Shown: positions 29,056 to 37,049 of the stretch, piece after piece
Layout: each line of letters begins with the position of its first letter
How positions within the stretch are numbered: the first letter of the stretch is position 1
DNA from: an uncultured Clostridia bacterium
GTDB taxonomy: Bacteria > Bacillota > Clostridia > Christensenellales > CAMQZB01
Assembly (NCBI GenBank): GCA_964406735.1
Contig: CAYOSU010000003.1
Span: forward strand, 24,866-88,865
DNA: 64,000 bases
Direction: 5' to 3'
Translations under genes and position numbers: made by a program
The notes under the pieces: model-generated
Database searches by the model: none
What the model saw: the letters and a program-made list of their open reading frames with translations, nothing else
Told to the model about the DNA's origin: nothing

Positions 29056-30935
29056 GTAGAATAAATATAATCGACAGCTCAATATATAACAGGATCTCTG
29101 CGGGCGAAGTAATAGAGCGTCCTAAATCGGTCGTTAAAGAATGCATTGAAAACAGCTTGGACGGCGGTGCGAAAAATATTACCGTTACCGTTTCAAACAA
29201 TGCTAAAAATATCCGCATTCAAGACGATGGAATCGGAATGAGTCGGAGCGACGCAAAAATCGCTTTTTTGCCTCATACAACGAGTAAGATCGCAAAAGTT
29301 GAGGACTTAGACGTTATCGATACGCTTGGTTTCAGAGGTGAGGCGCTTGCATCTATTGCATCCGTTGCAATGGTTGAAATGAATACCTTTGATAAAGAGA
29401 CAGGCGAAGCTACGAAGATAGAGATAAACGGCGGCGTGATAGAAAACGTAACCGATTCTGCAATCACCTGCGGAACGGATATCAAGGTCGAAAATCTTTT
29501 TTATAATACGCCTGTCAGAGAAAAATTCTTAAAAAGTCCGAAAAGTGAGGAGTCCGAGATAATCGACCTCATGTCCAGATTTATTTTAGCGTACCCCGAC
29601 ATACGATTCAAGTTTATTCTAAACGGTTCTGAAAAGTATAATTTCGACGGCGATGGCTTTGAAAAAGCTTTTTATTGCGTATACGGCAAAGATATGCTGA
29701 AAAACACCATCTACGTCGACGGAGAAAGAAACGGAATAACTGTTAAAGGCTATGTTTCAAATACGACCGTTTCTAAGCCCAACCGTACATATCAGACTGC
29801 GATACTAAACGGCAGAAGGATCGTTAACGAGACTATCTCTATGGCAATACAGCGCGCATATATGCCATATTTAATGAAACGTTGCTATCCGTATTATGCG
29901 CTCCACATCACTATCGACGGAGAAAAGGTGGACGTAAACGTACATCCGACGAAGTTTGACGTAAGATTTTCGGATAAAGACTCCGTTTTCTCGGCCGTAT
30001 ATCATATAGTTTCCGACGCCGTTAAAGAAGATACGCACAGAAGGCACGACGAGTATTTCAATAAAGTATTTACCGCTGATGAGATACTCAAAAACTCTGA
30101 AGATATTCTTCCTGACGCAAGCAATGCAAAATTCGACCCGAATACGGTCATACCCGTTGTTATTAAAGAAAAATATAAGGATGCGTCCGTCGATCCGATA
30201 GTTTATAACGAGCCTATCAAAACGCCTAAAATTAAGAGTTATTACGATGAAACGCCACCTACGCCCGATTCCATAGGAATATTCAAAAGGCCGAGAGAAA
30301 GAAGCAATAACGGCGTATATCTTTACGATAAAAACCTTGTAGAGGACGAAAGTATCGTTCCCGAGAGCGTCAGAGTCATAGGCGTTTATAACAAAACGTA
30401 TATTTTGGCGGAATGCGGCGATACGCTTTATATGATAGATCAACACGCTGCACACGAAAGGATCTTATACGATAAATATACCTATTCTTATTACAGCCAA
30501 AAGATAATGATCCAAGACCTTTTAGTACCGTACGTTCTCAACGTCAATGCACAAGAGGATGAATTTATCAGAAAGAACATTACCAATTTATTCGTCGTAG
30601 GATTTGGCATCGAACCGTTCGGAGACAGGTCTTATCGCATAACATCCGTACCGCTTGACTTGATGGGTATTGACCTTGATGAGTTCTTCAATGATCTATT
30701 CACCGATCTTGACAAGATGATGAATATTAAAGCCGTTGAGATAATAAGAGAAAAACTTATGCAAAAGGCATGCAAGAATGCCGTAAAAGCAGGACAAACT
30801 CTTTCCGATCTTGAAATAAAGGAGATTTTCTTACAGCTTAGAAAAACGAAAACTCTTTCCTGTCCGCACGGACGCCCGATTGCCGTTATATTTACAAAGA
30901 CGGACGTAGAAAAGCTTTTTAAGAGGATAGTATGA
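29052..30935 (+). CDS. mutL: DNA mismatch repair protein MutL (endonuclease type)
   Basis: GHKL ATPase motifs (ECIENSLDGGA, DDGIGM) and endonuclease motif DQHAAHERILYD. Confidence 0.95.
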   Translation: MSRINIIDSSIYNRISAGEVIERPKSVVKECIENSLDGGAKNITVTVSNNAKNIRIQDDGIGMSRSDAKIAFLPHTTSKIAKVEDLDVIDTLGFRGEALASIASVAMVEMNTFDKETGEATKIEINGGVIENVTDSAITCGTDIKVENLFYNTPVREKFLKSPKSEESEIIDLMSRFILAYPDIRFKFILNGSEKYNFDGDGFEKAFYCVYGKDMLKNTIYVDGERNGITVKGYVSNTTVSKPNRTYQTAILNGRRIVNETISMAIQRAYMPYLMKRCYPYYALHITIDGEKVDVNVHPTKFDVRFSDKDSVFSAVYHIVSDAVKEDTHRRHDEYFNKVFTADEILKNSEDILPDASNAKFDPNTVIPVVIKEKYKDASVDPIVYNEPIKTPKIKSYYDETPPTPDSIGIFKRPRERSNNGVYLYDKNLVEDESIVPESVRVIGVYNKTYILAECGDTLYMIDQHAAHERILYDKYTYSYYSQKIMIQDLLVPYVLNVNAQEDEFIRKNITNLFVVGFGIEPFGDRSYRITSVPLDLMGIDLDEFFNDLFTDLDKMMNIKAVEIIREKLMQKACKNAVKAGQTLSDLEIKEIFLQLRKTKTLSCPHGRPIAVIFTKTDVEKLFKRIV

Positions 30936-31843
30936 GTAGAAAGCTTATCGTTATCGGCGGAGCTACGGCTTCAGGCAAAACTTCGCTATCGGTCGAACTT
31001 GCAAAACGTCTGAACGGTGAGATAATATCTTGCGACTCGATGCAGATATATAAAGCTCTGGATATCGGCACTTCAAAGGTTAAAAACGAAGAAATGCAAA
31101 GCATTAAGCATCATATGCTCAGCATTATCGAGCCGACGGTCAATTATTCGGTATCCGATTACGTTGAAGAAGCGTCAAGAATAATAGACGAATTATTTAA
31201 AAAAAATATCCAACCGATCGTTGTCGGCGGAACGGGATTTTACGTTACATCGCTTTTATATAAGAAAAGCCTCGGCAACGTCGAGTGCAACGAAGAAATA
31301 AGAAGAAAATATACTCTTCTTGCCGAAAAAGAGGGCAATATTGCCGTTTATAACGAGCTTTTGAAGGTAGATAGGCTTACGGCTGAAAAGCTATCTCCAA
31401 ACGACTTGAAAAGGGTAATCAGGGCGCTTGAGATATTCGAAACTACAGGAAGACCCAAGTCTTTGCAAAATGACGTCGAAAAGCGATACGATTATAAGGC
31501 GTATTGCATAGATATGCCGCGAGCAGAGCTTTACTCTCGTATCGACGAGAGAGTAGAGGAAATGGTAAATGAAGGCTTATTTGAAGAAGTTAAAAACTTG
31601 CTTAATGTTCTCGAAAAAGGCTCGACGGCGCTTTCGGCAATAGGATATAAAGAGATCATAGAATATTTTGAGGGCAAAGTTTCAAGAGAAAAAGCTATAG
31701 ATAACGTCAAGCTGAATACAAGACACTACGCCAAACGCCAGATAACTTATTTTAAACATCAGCTTAATTGCACGTATATCGACGGTAGTATAAGCTTAAA
31801 CGACAAGGTCGACGCAGTATTAAACGATTATTATTCCGATTAG
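30932..31843 (+). CDS. miaA: tRNA dimethylallyltransferase
   Basis: P-loop GATASGKTS, 303 aa, follows mutL. Confidence 0.95.
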   Translation: MSRKLIVIGGATASGKTSLSVELAKRLNGEIISCDSMQIYKALDIGTSKVKNEEMQSIKHHMLSIIEPTVNYSVSDYVEEASRIIDELFKKNIQPIVVGGTGFYVTSLLYKKSLGNVECNEEIRRKYTLLAEKEGNIAVYNELLKVDRLTAEKLSPNDLKRVIRALEIFETTGRPKSLQNDVEKRYDYKAYCIDMPRAELYSRIDERVEEMVNEGLFEEVKNLLNVLEKGSTALSAIGYKEIIEYFEGKVSREKAIDNVKLNTRHYAKRQITYFKHQLNCTYIDGSISLNDKVDAVLNDYYSD

Positions 31844-31868
31844 AAAAATATTTTACGCATAAATATAG
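31830..31868 (+). repeat. dispersed element copy spanning the miaA stop (ATTATTCCGAT-N10-TTTTACGCATAAATATAG)
   Basis: See 13530-13568. The first 14 nt encode the last miaA codons (YYSD*). Confidence 0.7.
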
Positions 31869-31886
31869 GTTTTGAGGTAATTATAT

Positions 31887-33107
31887 ATGAGAACAGCAGA
31901 AGAAATAGTTGCTATTGCCGAAGAAAAGGCGCAGCAGCAATTCAAAGAACTAGAAGAGATCGCCTTTTATAACGAGAGCAAAGTCATAGAAGCGTTCAAA
32001 AAAAATAGAGTGGCATTGAGACATTTTGCAGGCTCTACCGGCTATGGTGGAGGCGACGAAGGCAGGGACGTATTAAATCGAGTTTTTGCCAATGCATTCG
32101 GAGCTGAAAGTGCGTACGCAACTCCGCATATACTTTCTGGTACGCACGCTTTGACCGTGGCTTTATTCGGAGTTTTGCGTCCAAACGACCTGTTACTATC
32201 GATAACTGGAAAGCCTTACGATACGTTAGACGAAGTCATAAACGGCGGAGACGGCTCGCTTGCCGACTTTGGAATAAAATACGATTGCGTAGAGATGAAC
32301 GGCGATAATATAGACCTTATTGCAGTTGAAAAGAAGCTGAAAGCATGCACGCCTAAGGTCGTATTTCTTCAAAGATCACGCGGATATTCTTCTCGCAACG
32401 CATTATCTGTCTACGCTATCGGCGAAGCTATTTCTGTTATCAGGAAAATACATCCCGACGTTTGCATTATGGTCGATAACTGTTACGGTGAATTTATCGA
32501 GAAAAAAGAGCCTACCGAAGTAGGCGCAGACGTTATCGTCGGAAGTATGATAAAAAATCCGGGTGGAGGACTTGCTCCGACCGGTGGCTACGTTGCTGGA
32601 AAGACGAAATACATCGACATGATTGCAGGTCGTGTTACTTCGCCGTCGCTTGGAACTGACATCGGAAGCTATCAAAACGGCTATCAATACTTCTTCCAAG
32701 GCTTCTTTTTAGCTCCACACACCGTTTCGCAAGCGGTAAAAGGATCGATTCTTTTTGCTTATGCATTGAACGAGGCAGGCTATAAGACAATTCCCGAGCC
32801 GCAAGCAAAATGTGGAGATATTATCAGGGACGTGGTTTTTGACAACGAACACGATCTTGTTGAATTTATAAGACAAATTCAGCTTTGCTCGCCCGTTGAC
32901 AGCTTTGCTTATTGCGAGCCGTCCGAGATGCCAGGTTACGAAGACAAAGTAATTATGGCTGCAGGATGCTTCGTTCAAGGCGCATCTTTAGAGCTTTCGG
33001 CTGATTCTCCTATCAAAGCTCCGTATATTGCATATTTACAAGGCGGACTTACATACGAGCATTGTAAATACGCAGCGATCAATTGCTTAAAAGCACTTTT
33101 GAAATAG
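31887..33107 (+). CDS. YnbB/aluminium-resistance-family PLP-dependent enzyme (Cys/Met metabolism fold)
   Basis: 406 aa. Overall character of the YnbB family (GYGGGDEGRD..., SMIKNPGGGLAPTGGY with a likely PLP Lys). Assignment is from memory of the family, not a search. Confidence 0.65.
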   Translation: MRTAEEIVAIAEEKAQQQFKELEEIAFYNESKVIEAFKKNRVALRHFAGSTGYGGGDEGRDVLNRVFANAFGAESAYATPHILSGTHALTVALFGVLRPNDLLLSITGKPYDTLDEVINGGDGSLADFGIKYDCVEMNGDNIDLIAVEKKLKACTPKVVFLQRSRGYSSRNALSVYAIGEAISVIRKIHPDVCIMVDNCYGEFIEKKEPTEVGADVIVGSMIKNPGGGLAPTGGYVAGKTKYIDMIAGRVTSPSLGTDIGSYQNGYQYFFQGFFLAPHTVSQAVKGSILFAYALNEAGYKTIPEPQAKCGDIIRDVVFDNEHDLVEFIRQIQLCSPVDSFAYCEPSEMPGYEDKVIMAAGCFVQGASLELSADSPIKAPYIAYLQGGLTYEHCKYAAINCLKALLK

Positions 33108-33116
33108 TTTTAACAT

Positions 33117-33147
33117 AAAAAAACCTTGGAATAACCAAGGTTTTTTT
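33117..33147. terminator. bidirectional rho-independent terminator (ynbB-like / lexA)
   Basis: AAAAAAACCTTGG-AATAA-CCAAGGTTTTTTT, a perfect stem flanked by A- and T-runs. Confidence 0.8.
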
Positions 33148-33162
33148 CATCATATTTATTAA

Positions 33163-33765
33163 TTAAAACTTTCTTATCAAGCCGACGACCTTTCCTAAGA
33201 TAACGCAATCGTCTACGATAATATCATCCATAGTCGGATTTTCAGGGTGAAGTCTTACTCGTCCGTTTTCTTTATAAAAACGCTTTACCGTTGCTGAATC
33301 GTCTATCATTGCCGCAACGATATCTCCGTTTTCGCAAACAGCCGTCTGCTTCAAAATAACTTTATCTCCGTTTTCAATACCGGCGTCTATCATCGAAGTG
33401 CCTTCGATAGTCAACATAAATAGATCGTCCGATGAAAAGAGTTTTGACGGAAGCTCATATGTATCTTCGATATTTTCAATAGCAGTTATAGGGGTTCCCG
33501 CGGCAATTTTACCGACTAACGGCACAGAAGCAAAGTCGTTTTTATTTAGCCTGCTTTTGACGTTTATAGCACGGTTTTTGTTGCCCGATTTGACGAGAAG
33601 TCCCATGTCGTTGAGCCTGTTTACGTATTTATATACAGTAGCGGTTGACTTGATATTAAGTCCGTTAGAGATATCTCTGACCGACGGGGGATAGCCGTAG
33701 TCCTCGATATAGGACTCTATATATTCTTTTACGTCAGCTAAAAGCTCGTCAGACATTTTTCTCAT
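33163..33765 (-). CDS. lexA: SOS repressor LexA
   Basis: Winged-HTH N-domain, Ala-Gly cleavage site (KIAAGTP), and S24 Ser (GTSM) and Lys (TVKRF). Confidence 0.95.
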   Translation of the reverse strand: MRKMSDELLADVKEYIESYIEDYGYPPSVRDISNGLNIKSTATVYKYVNRLNDMGLLVKSGNKNRAINVKSRLNKNDFASVPLVGKIAAGTPITAIENIEDTYELPSKLFSSDDLFMLTIEGTSMIDAGIENGDKVILKQTAVCENGDIVAAMIDDSATVKRFYKENGRVRLHPENPTMDDIIVDDCVILGKVVGLIRKF

Positions 33766-33787
33766 GACAAAACTTCCTTTGTTTTAT

Positions 33788-33816
33788 TTGTATATATAAA
33801 GATTTTGTGGTAAAAT
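33788..33816 (+). promoter_or_regulatory. sigma-A-type promoter for the small Cys-rich ORF
   Basis: TTGTAT-N17-TAAAAT with an extended -10 TGg. It has the same architecture as the tig promoter, including the upstream TTTTATTTG. Confidence 0.55.
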
Positions 33817-33836
33817 ACTTAGAGAGGTGATCGTTT

Positions 33837-34010
33837 ATGAAAAAATGCGTACTTGACTTAAATAAAACCTGCGATAATTGCGGTAAATGCAATTATTGCG
33901 ACTTGGATCCAAATAAGATCTGCGACAATTGCATGAAATGCGTAACTAACGGACAGGATTTTATCTCCGTAAAAATAGACGAAGTGCAGTCTCAGTCAAG
34001 CAACAAGTAA
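33837..34010 (+). CDS. 57-aa cysteine-rich protein (not in the ORF track, below its size cutoff)
   Basis: ATG with SD AGAGAGGTGA 7 nt upstream. Translation: MKKCVLDLNKTCDNCGKCNYCDLDPNKICDNCMKCVTNGQDFISVKIDEVQSQSSNK. It has 8 Cys and the duplicated motif NKxCDNCxKC. A promoter lies upstream and a hairpin downstream. Confidence 0.55.
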   Translation: MKKCVLDLNKTCDNCGKCNYCDLDPNKICDNCMKCVTNGQDFISVKIDEVQSQSSNK

Positions 34011-34013
34011 TCT

Positions 34014-34035
34014 AAAGCAAATGTTAGTTTGCTTT
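34014..34035. terminator. hairpin at the convergent junction of the small ORF and hflX
   Basis: AAAGCAAA-TGTTAG-TTTGCTTT. It overlaps the hflX stop codon. Confidence 0.45.
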
Positions 34036-35247
34036 ATACTCATTATAGAGCATGCTTTCAGAATAGTCAACACTAATTTTGAGCATTTCCGATAGATCTC
34101 CGAATTCCTCGGAAATAATTTTACCGCGCCGCCTTAGGTCTTCTATCAGGGCGGCTTTTTCATACGGAATTTTTACTGTTATCACGGATTCTACGGGGAA
34201 AAGCTCCTTGGTTATGTCGTTTTTCAGCTCGTCAAAGCCTATTTTTTCAGTTGCGGACACATTTATTCCGCCAAGAGGAGGAGTAGATACCTTGTCGCAT
34301 TTATTGAATACCTTCAAAATCTTTCCTTTATATTCAAGCTCGTTTAAGATATTTTCAGTAATATCTATCTGCTTTAAGTAGTTTTCATCTGAAACGTCGC
34401 AAACTAAAAGGACTAAATCAGACAAAACGACCTCTTCCAACGTTGCTTTGAATGCGTTTATTAAAAAATGAGGGAGATTTCTTATAAAACCTACCGTATC
34501 GACTAAAATTACAGTCTTATCTTTTGAAAGTTCCAAAGCTCTTGCCGTTGAGTCGAGCGTTGCAAAAAGCTGATCTTTGACGTAAACGTCCGAAGAGGTC
34601 AATGCATTTAATAGTGTTGACTTGCCTGCATTAGTGTAACCAACGAGCGATACAGTCTTATACTTTTTTGACTGTCTGTTCTTTCTTAACTCTTGTCTAT
34701 GCCTTGAAATCTTTTCTATGTTCTCTTCAAGCTTATCAATACGGCGTCTTATATGTCTTTTATCCGTTTCAAGCTTTGTTTCGCCGGGACCTCTCGTTCC
34801 GATACCGCCACCGAGTCTTGAAAGCTCGACACCTTTACCTTTAAGAGAATTGTATCTATGCTTTAATTGAGCAAGTTCAACTTCGAGCTTACCTTCGCTT
34901 GTCTTAGCACGCTGTGCGAAGATGTCTAAAATCAATATCGTCCTATCGATAACGCTTTTGCCTAAAATTCTACCGATATTATTAATTTGCGTAGGGGAAA
35001 GCTCTAAGTCAAAAACGGCAAGATCAATGTCGTTCTCTTCCATGTATTCCTTAATTTCAAGGAGCTTACCGCTTCCGATACATATCTTAGGATCGATTGA
35101 AATTCTGTTTTGAATGACAGAGCCGCAAACTTCGCCGCCTGCGGTCTTTACCAACTCCTTTAGCTCTGCCATTGAAATATTAGATTCATCGGAATCGTCA
35201 AGAGATATTCCGACCAAATAACATTTTTGTATCTGATATTCTGCCAT
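34024..35247 (-). CDS. hflX: GTPase HflX
   Basis: HflX N-domain, G1 GYTNAGKST, G3 DTVGF, G4 NKCD. Confidence 0.9.
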   Translation of the reverse strand: MAEYQIQKCYLVGISLDDSDESNISMAELKELVKTAGGEVCGSVIQNRISIDPKICIGSGKLLEIKEYMEENDIDLAVFDLELSPTQINNIGRILGKSVIDRTILILDIFAQRAKTSEGKLEVELAQLKHRYNSLKGKGVELSRLGGGIGTRGPGETKLETDKRHIRRRIDKLEENIEKISRHRQELRKNRQSKKYKTVSLVGYTNAGKSTLLNALTSSDVYVKDQLFATLDSTARALELSKDKTVILVDTVGFIRNLPHFLINAFKATLEEVVLSDLVLLVCDVSDENYLKQIDITENILNELEYKGKILKVFNKCDKVSTPPLGGINVSATEKIGFDELKNDITKELFPVESVITVKIPYEKAALIEDLRRRGKIISEEFGDLSEMLKISVDYSESMLYNEYKAN

Positions 35248-35256
35248 TTCTTATAA

Positions 35257-36327
35257 TTATTCGTCGTCTTCGTCGTTATTATTATTGCGAAGAATGACTT
35301 TCGTCGCCGCATTACGCCTTATGTCGTCAGAAATCGCCGCATAATGGCGTTTAGTCGTGTTTACGTCTTTGTGTCCAAGTACGTCGGCGACGACGTAAAT
35401 ATCCTGTGTTTCGCGGTATAAATTAGTGCCGTAGGTGCTCCTTAGCTTATGCGGAGATATTTTCTTCAAGGGAGCTGCAACGGAGCTGTATTTTTTTACT
35501 ATATTTTGGATCGCACGAGTCGAAATACGCTTATTCTGAAGCGATAAGAACAGCGCATCTTCATCTTCGATTCCGTTTTTCTCTACTATTTTTTCACGCT
35601 CTTCAAGGTAATCTTTCAAAGCTTTTGCTACTTCATCGGAGAAATAAAGTATTACTCGATTGCCGCCCTTACGAGTGATCTTAAAGCCGTTGACCGAAAA
35701 ATCAACATCTGATACGTTAAGCCCGACAAGCTCGCTGATACGAATGCCCGTCCCTAAAAATACCGTCAAAATTGCAAGATCGCGCTTTGAAGTCAATTTA
35801 TTAAACGCTTTGGCTCTTCCTGAAAGATTTTGTCCGTTTTCAGCTTCGTCTAATATCTTAACCACCTCATCAACCTCAAGACGGATTATCTCTTTTTCAT
35901 GGATCTTAGGCATATTAACTTTTGCAGCAGTGTTTGCAACGATCGTGCCTTTATTGAAATAGTATTTATAAAAAGACCTTAAAGATGCAAGCTTTCTCGC
36001 TTTTCCTCGTTCATGATTTGCAAGGTCTTTATCGTCATGCTCATAAAATGAAACATAGCTCAAGTACCGCTCAATATCGGTAGATGTTACTTTTTCAAGC
36101 GAAGCGGGGGAGAGCTGTTTGATTTTTATCCCCTTAAACTGCGGCAACTCGTTCACCATATATTCAAAGAAGATCCTCAAGTCATATGCATAATTAAGTC
36201 TTGTTAAAATAGAGGTGTTTTGCTCGATTCCGGTGAAAAAATCGTAACAAAACAAAGGAAGCTCAATAAGAGCGCTTTTTAGCTTAGCATTATTGACTCT
36301 GTCACGGTCGTTATAATAATCAGACAT
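35257..36327 (-). CDS. tyrosine site-specific recombinase, Xer/phage-integrase family
   Basis: 356 aa. SAM-like N-domain. Catalytic Arg (GTGIRISEL), HxxR (HKLRST), and His/Tyr (LGHKDVNTTKRHY). Acidic tail NNNNDEDDE. It ends 9 nt upstream of hflX. Confidence 0.85.
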   Translation of the reverse strand: MSDYYNDRDRVNNAKLKSALIELPLFCYDFFTGIEQNTSILTRLNYAYDLRIFFEYMVNELPQFKGIKIKQLSPASLEKVTSTDIERYLSYVSFYEHDDKDLANHERGKARKLASLRSFYKYYFNKGTIVANTAAKVNMPKIHEKEIIRLEVDEVVKILDEAENGQNLSGRAKAFNKLTSKRDLAILTVFLGTGIRISELVGLNVSDVDFSVNGFKITRKGGNRVILYFSDEVAKALKDYLEEREKIVEKNGIEDEDALFLSLQNKRISTRAIQNIVKKYSSVAAPLKKISPHKLRSTYGTNLYRETQDIYVVADVLGHKDVNTTKRHYAAISDDIRRNAATKVILRNNNNDEDDE

Positions 36328-36354
36328 TTTGAAATTCCTCCTTGGTATATGAAA

Positions 36355-36383
36355 ATTATAGCATATTTATTCGCAAAAGTAAA
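36355..36383 (-). promoter_or_regulatory. sigma-A-type promoter for the recombinase-hflX unit
   Basis: The minus strand reads TTTACT-N17-TATAAT with an extended -10 TGc. GGAGG SD lies downstream. Confidence 0.55.
36361..36378 (-). repeat. dispersed motif copy TTTTGCGAATAAATATGC
   Basis: The 12-mer TTTTGCGAATAA is identical to 13551-13562. It lies in the spacer of the recombinase promoter. Confidence 0.6.
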
Positions 36384-36403
36384 GAGTGAGTAATGGAATA
36401 AAT

Positions 36404-36421
36404 TAATATTTATGCGCAAAA
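36404..36421 (-). repeat. dispersed motif copy TTTTGCGCATAAATATTA
   Basis: The 12-mer TTTTGCGCATAA is the exact reverse complement of 36843-36854. Confidence 0.6.
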
Positions 36422-36822
36422 TCATCTAATTTCCCTGTTTTTGTGAATAAATAAATATTTAAGGTAAAATTGAGATCGATAAAGGTATTTTTTAATATAA
36501 AATCAATTAAAATTATAGAAAATAAACTTCATATATTCTTTTTATAATGCGTTATTAATTCTCGTAGCCATTTATTTTTAGCGAACGTATTCTCATAACG
36601 ACTTAGGTTTTTCAACGAGCAAAATTAAATCATTCACTTTGTTTGTTTTGTTATAGTCAACTTTCTATAATTAGTAGAAGATTATCAAGCAATTCATTAA
36701 ATAGTTATTGCTTAATTGAATTAAGATTTGATTTATTATATTGACTTTTCTTAATACAAGTCCAAATCCATAATAAAACATTTTTTCAAAAAAAATCGGT
36801 TAAAATTGCGCGAAAACGTCTC

Positions 36823-36836
36823 ATTTATGCATAAAA
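36823..36836 (+). repeat. dispersed motif copy ATTTATGCATAAAA (contains the 12-bp palindrome TTTATGCATAAA)
   Basis: The identical 14-mer occurs on the minus strand at 51172-51185. Confidence 0.6.
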
Positions 36837-36842
36837 GCAGTG

Positions 36843-36860
36843 TTTTGCGCATAATTCTAT
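36843..36860 (+). repeat. dispersed motif copy TTTTGCGCATAATTCTAT
   Basis: See 36404-36421. GCGCGAAAAC at 36808-36817 can pair with GTTTTGCGC at 36842-36850, giving a degenerate palindrome of about 50 bp. Confidence 0.6.
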
Positions 36861-36932
36861 AGATTGAGAAATTTTGTAAATTCCCCTATTTTTCTAAAAA
36901 ATTTTCAAAAATTTTAATAGAACAACTTTATA

Positions 36933-36961
36933 TTGACACAAAAATCAAAATGATATATAAT
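36933..36961 (+). promoter_or_regulatory. consensus-like sigma-A promoter for the 37050 gene
   Basis: TTGACA-N17-TATAAT, giving a 5' UTR of about 80 nt. Confidence 0.7.
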
Positions 36962-37049
36962 AAAAATACTTGTAAATATCAGTTATTCTTTAAAGGTTTT
37001 ACTAACTGCTTATAACAGATAACTTGTTAAAGATTTTTCAAGGTGATTT

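Larger units (their letters stand above)
36328..37049. other. 722-bp AT-rich ORF-free spacer
   Basis: No ORF of 60 aa or more on either strand, and no SD-preceded short ORF seen. GC is 151/660, about 23%, by hand count of eleven 60-nt lines. Confidence 0.8.

Noticed and set aside
36410-36854. A 12-nt inverted repeat (TTATGCGCAAAA at 36410-36421 and TTTTGCGCATAA at 36843-36854) flanking about 420 bp next to a tyrosine recombinase. I considered an invertible promoter switch (inverton).
   Set aside because: Identity does not extend beyond the 12-mer. The same motif family occurs at unrelated loci (lon, miaA and rluD downstream regions, PBP). The two copies simply face the two divergent genes, and both flanking genes have fixed outward promoters outside the repeat. 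Long-read inversion data would be needed to revive the idea.
36900-36914. A CodY-box-like sequence AATTTTCAAAAATTT (13 of 15 matches to AATTTTCWGAAAATT) just upstream of the 36933 promoter.
   Set aside because: In DNA of 15-25% GC such a match is expected by chance. codY is also not at its usual place after hslU in this window, so its presence in the genome is unknown.
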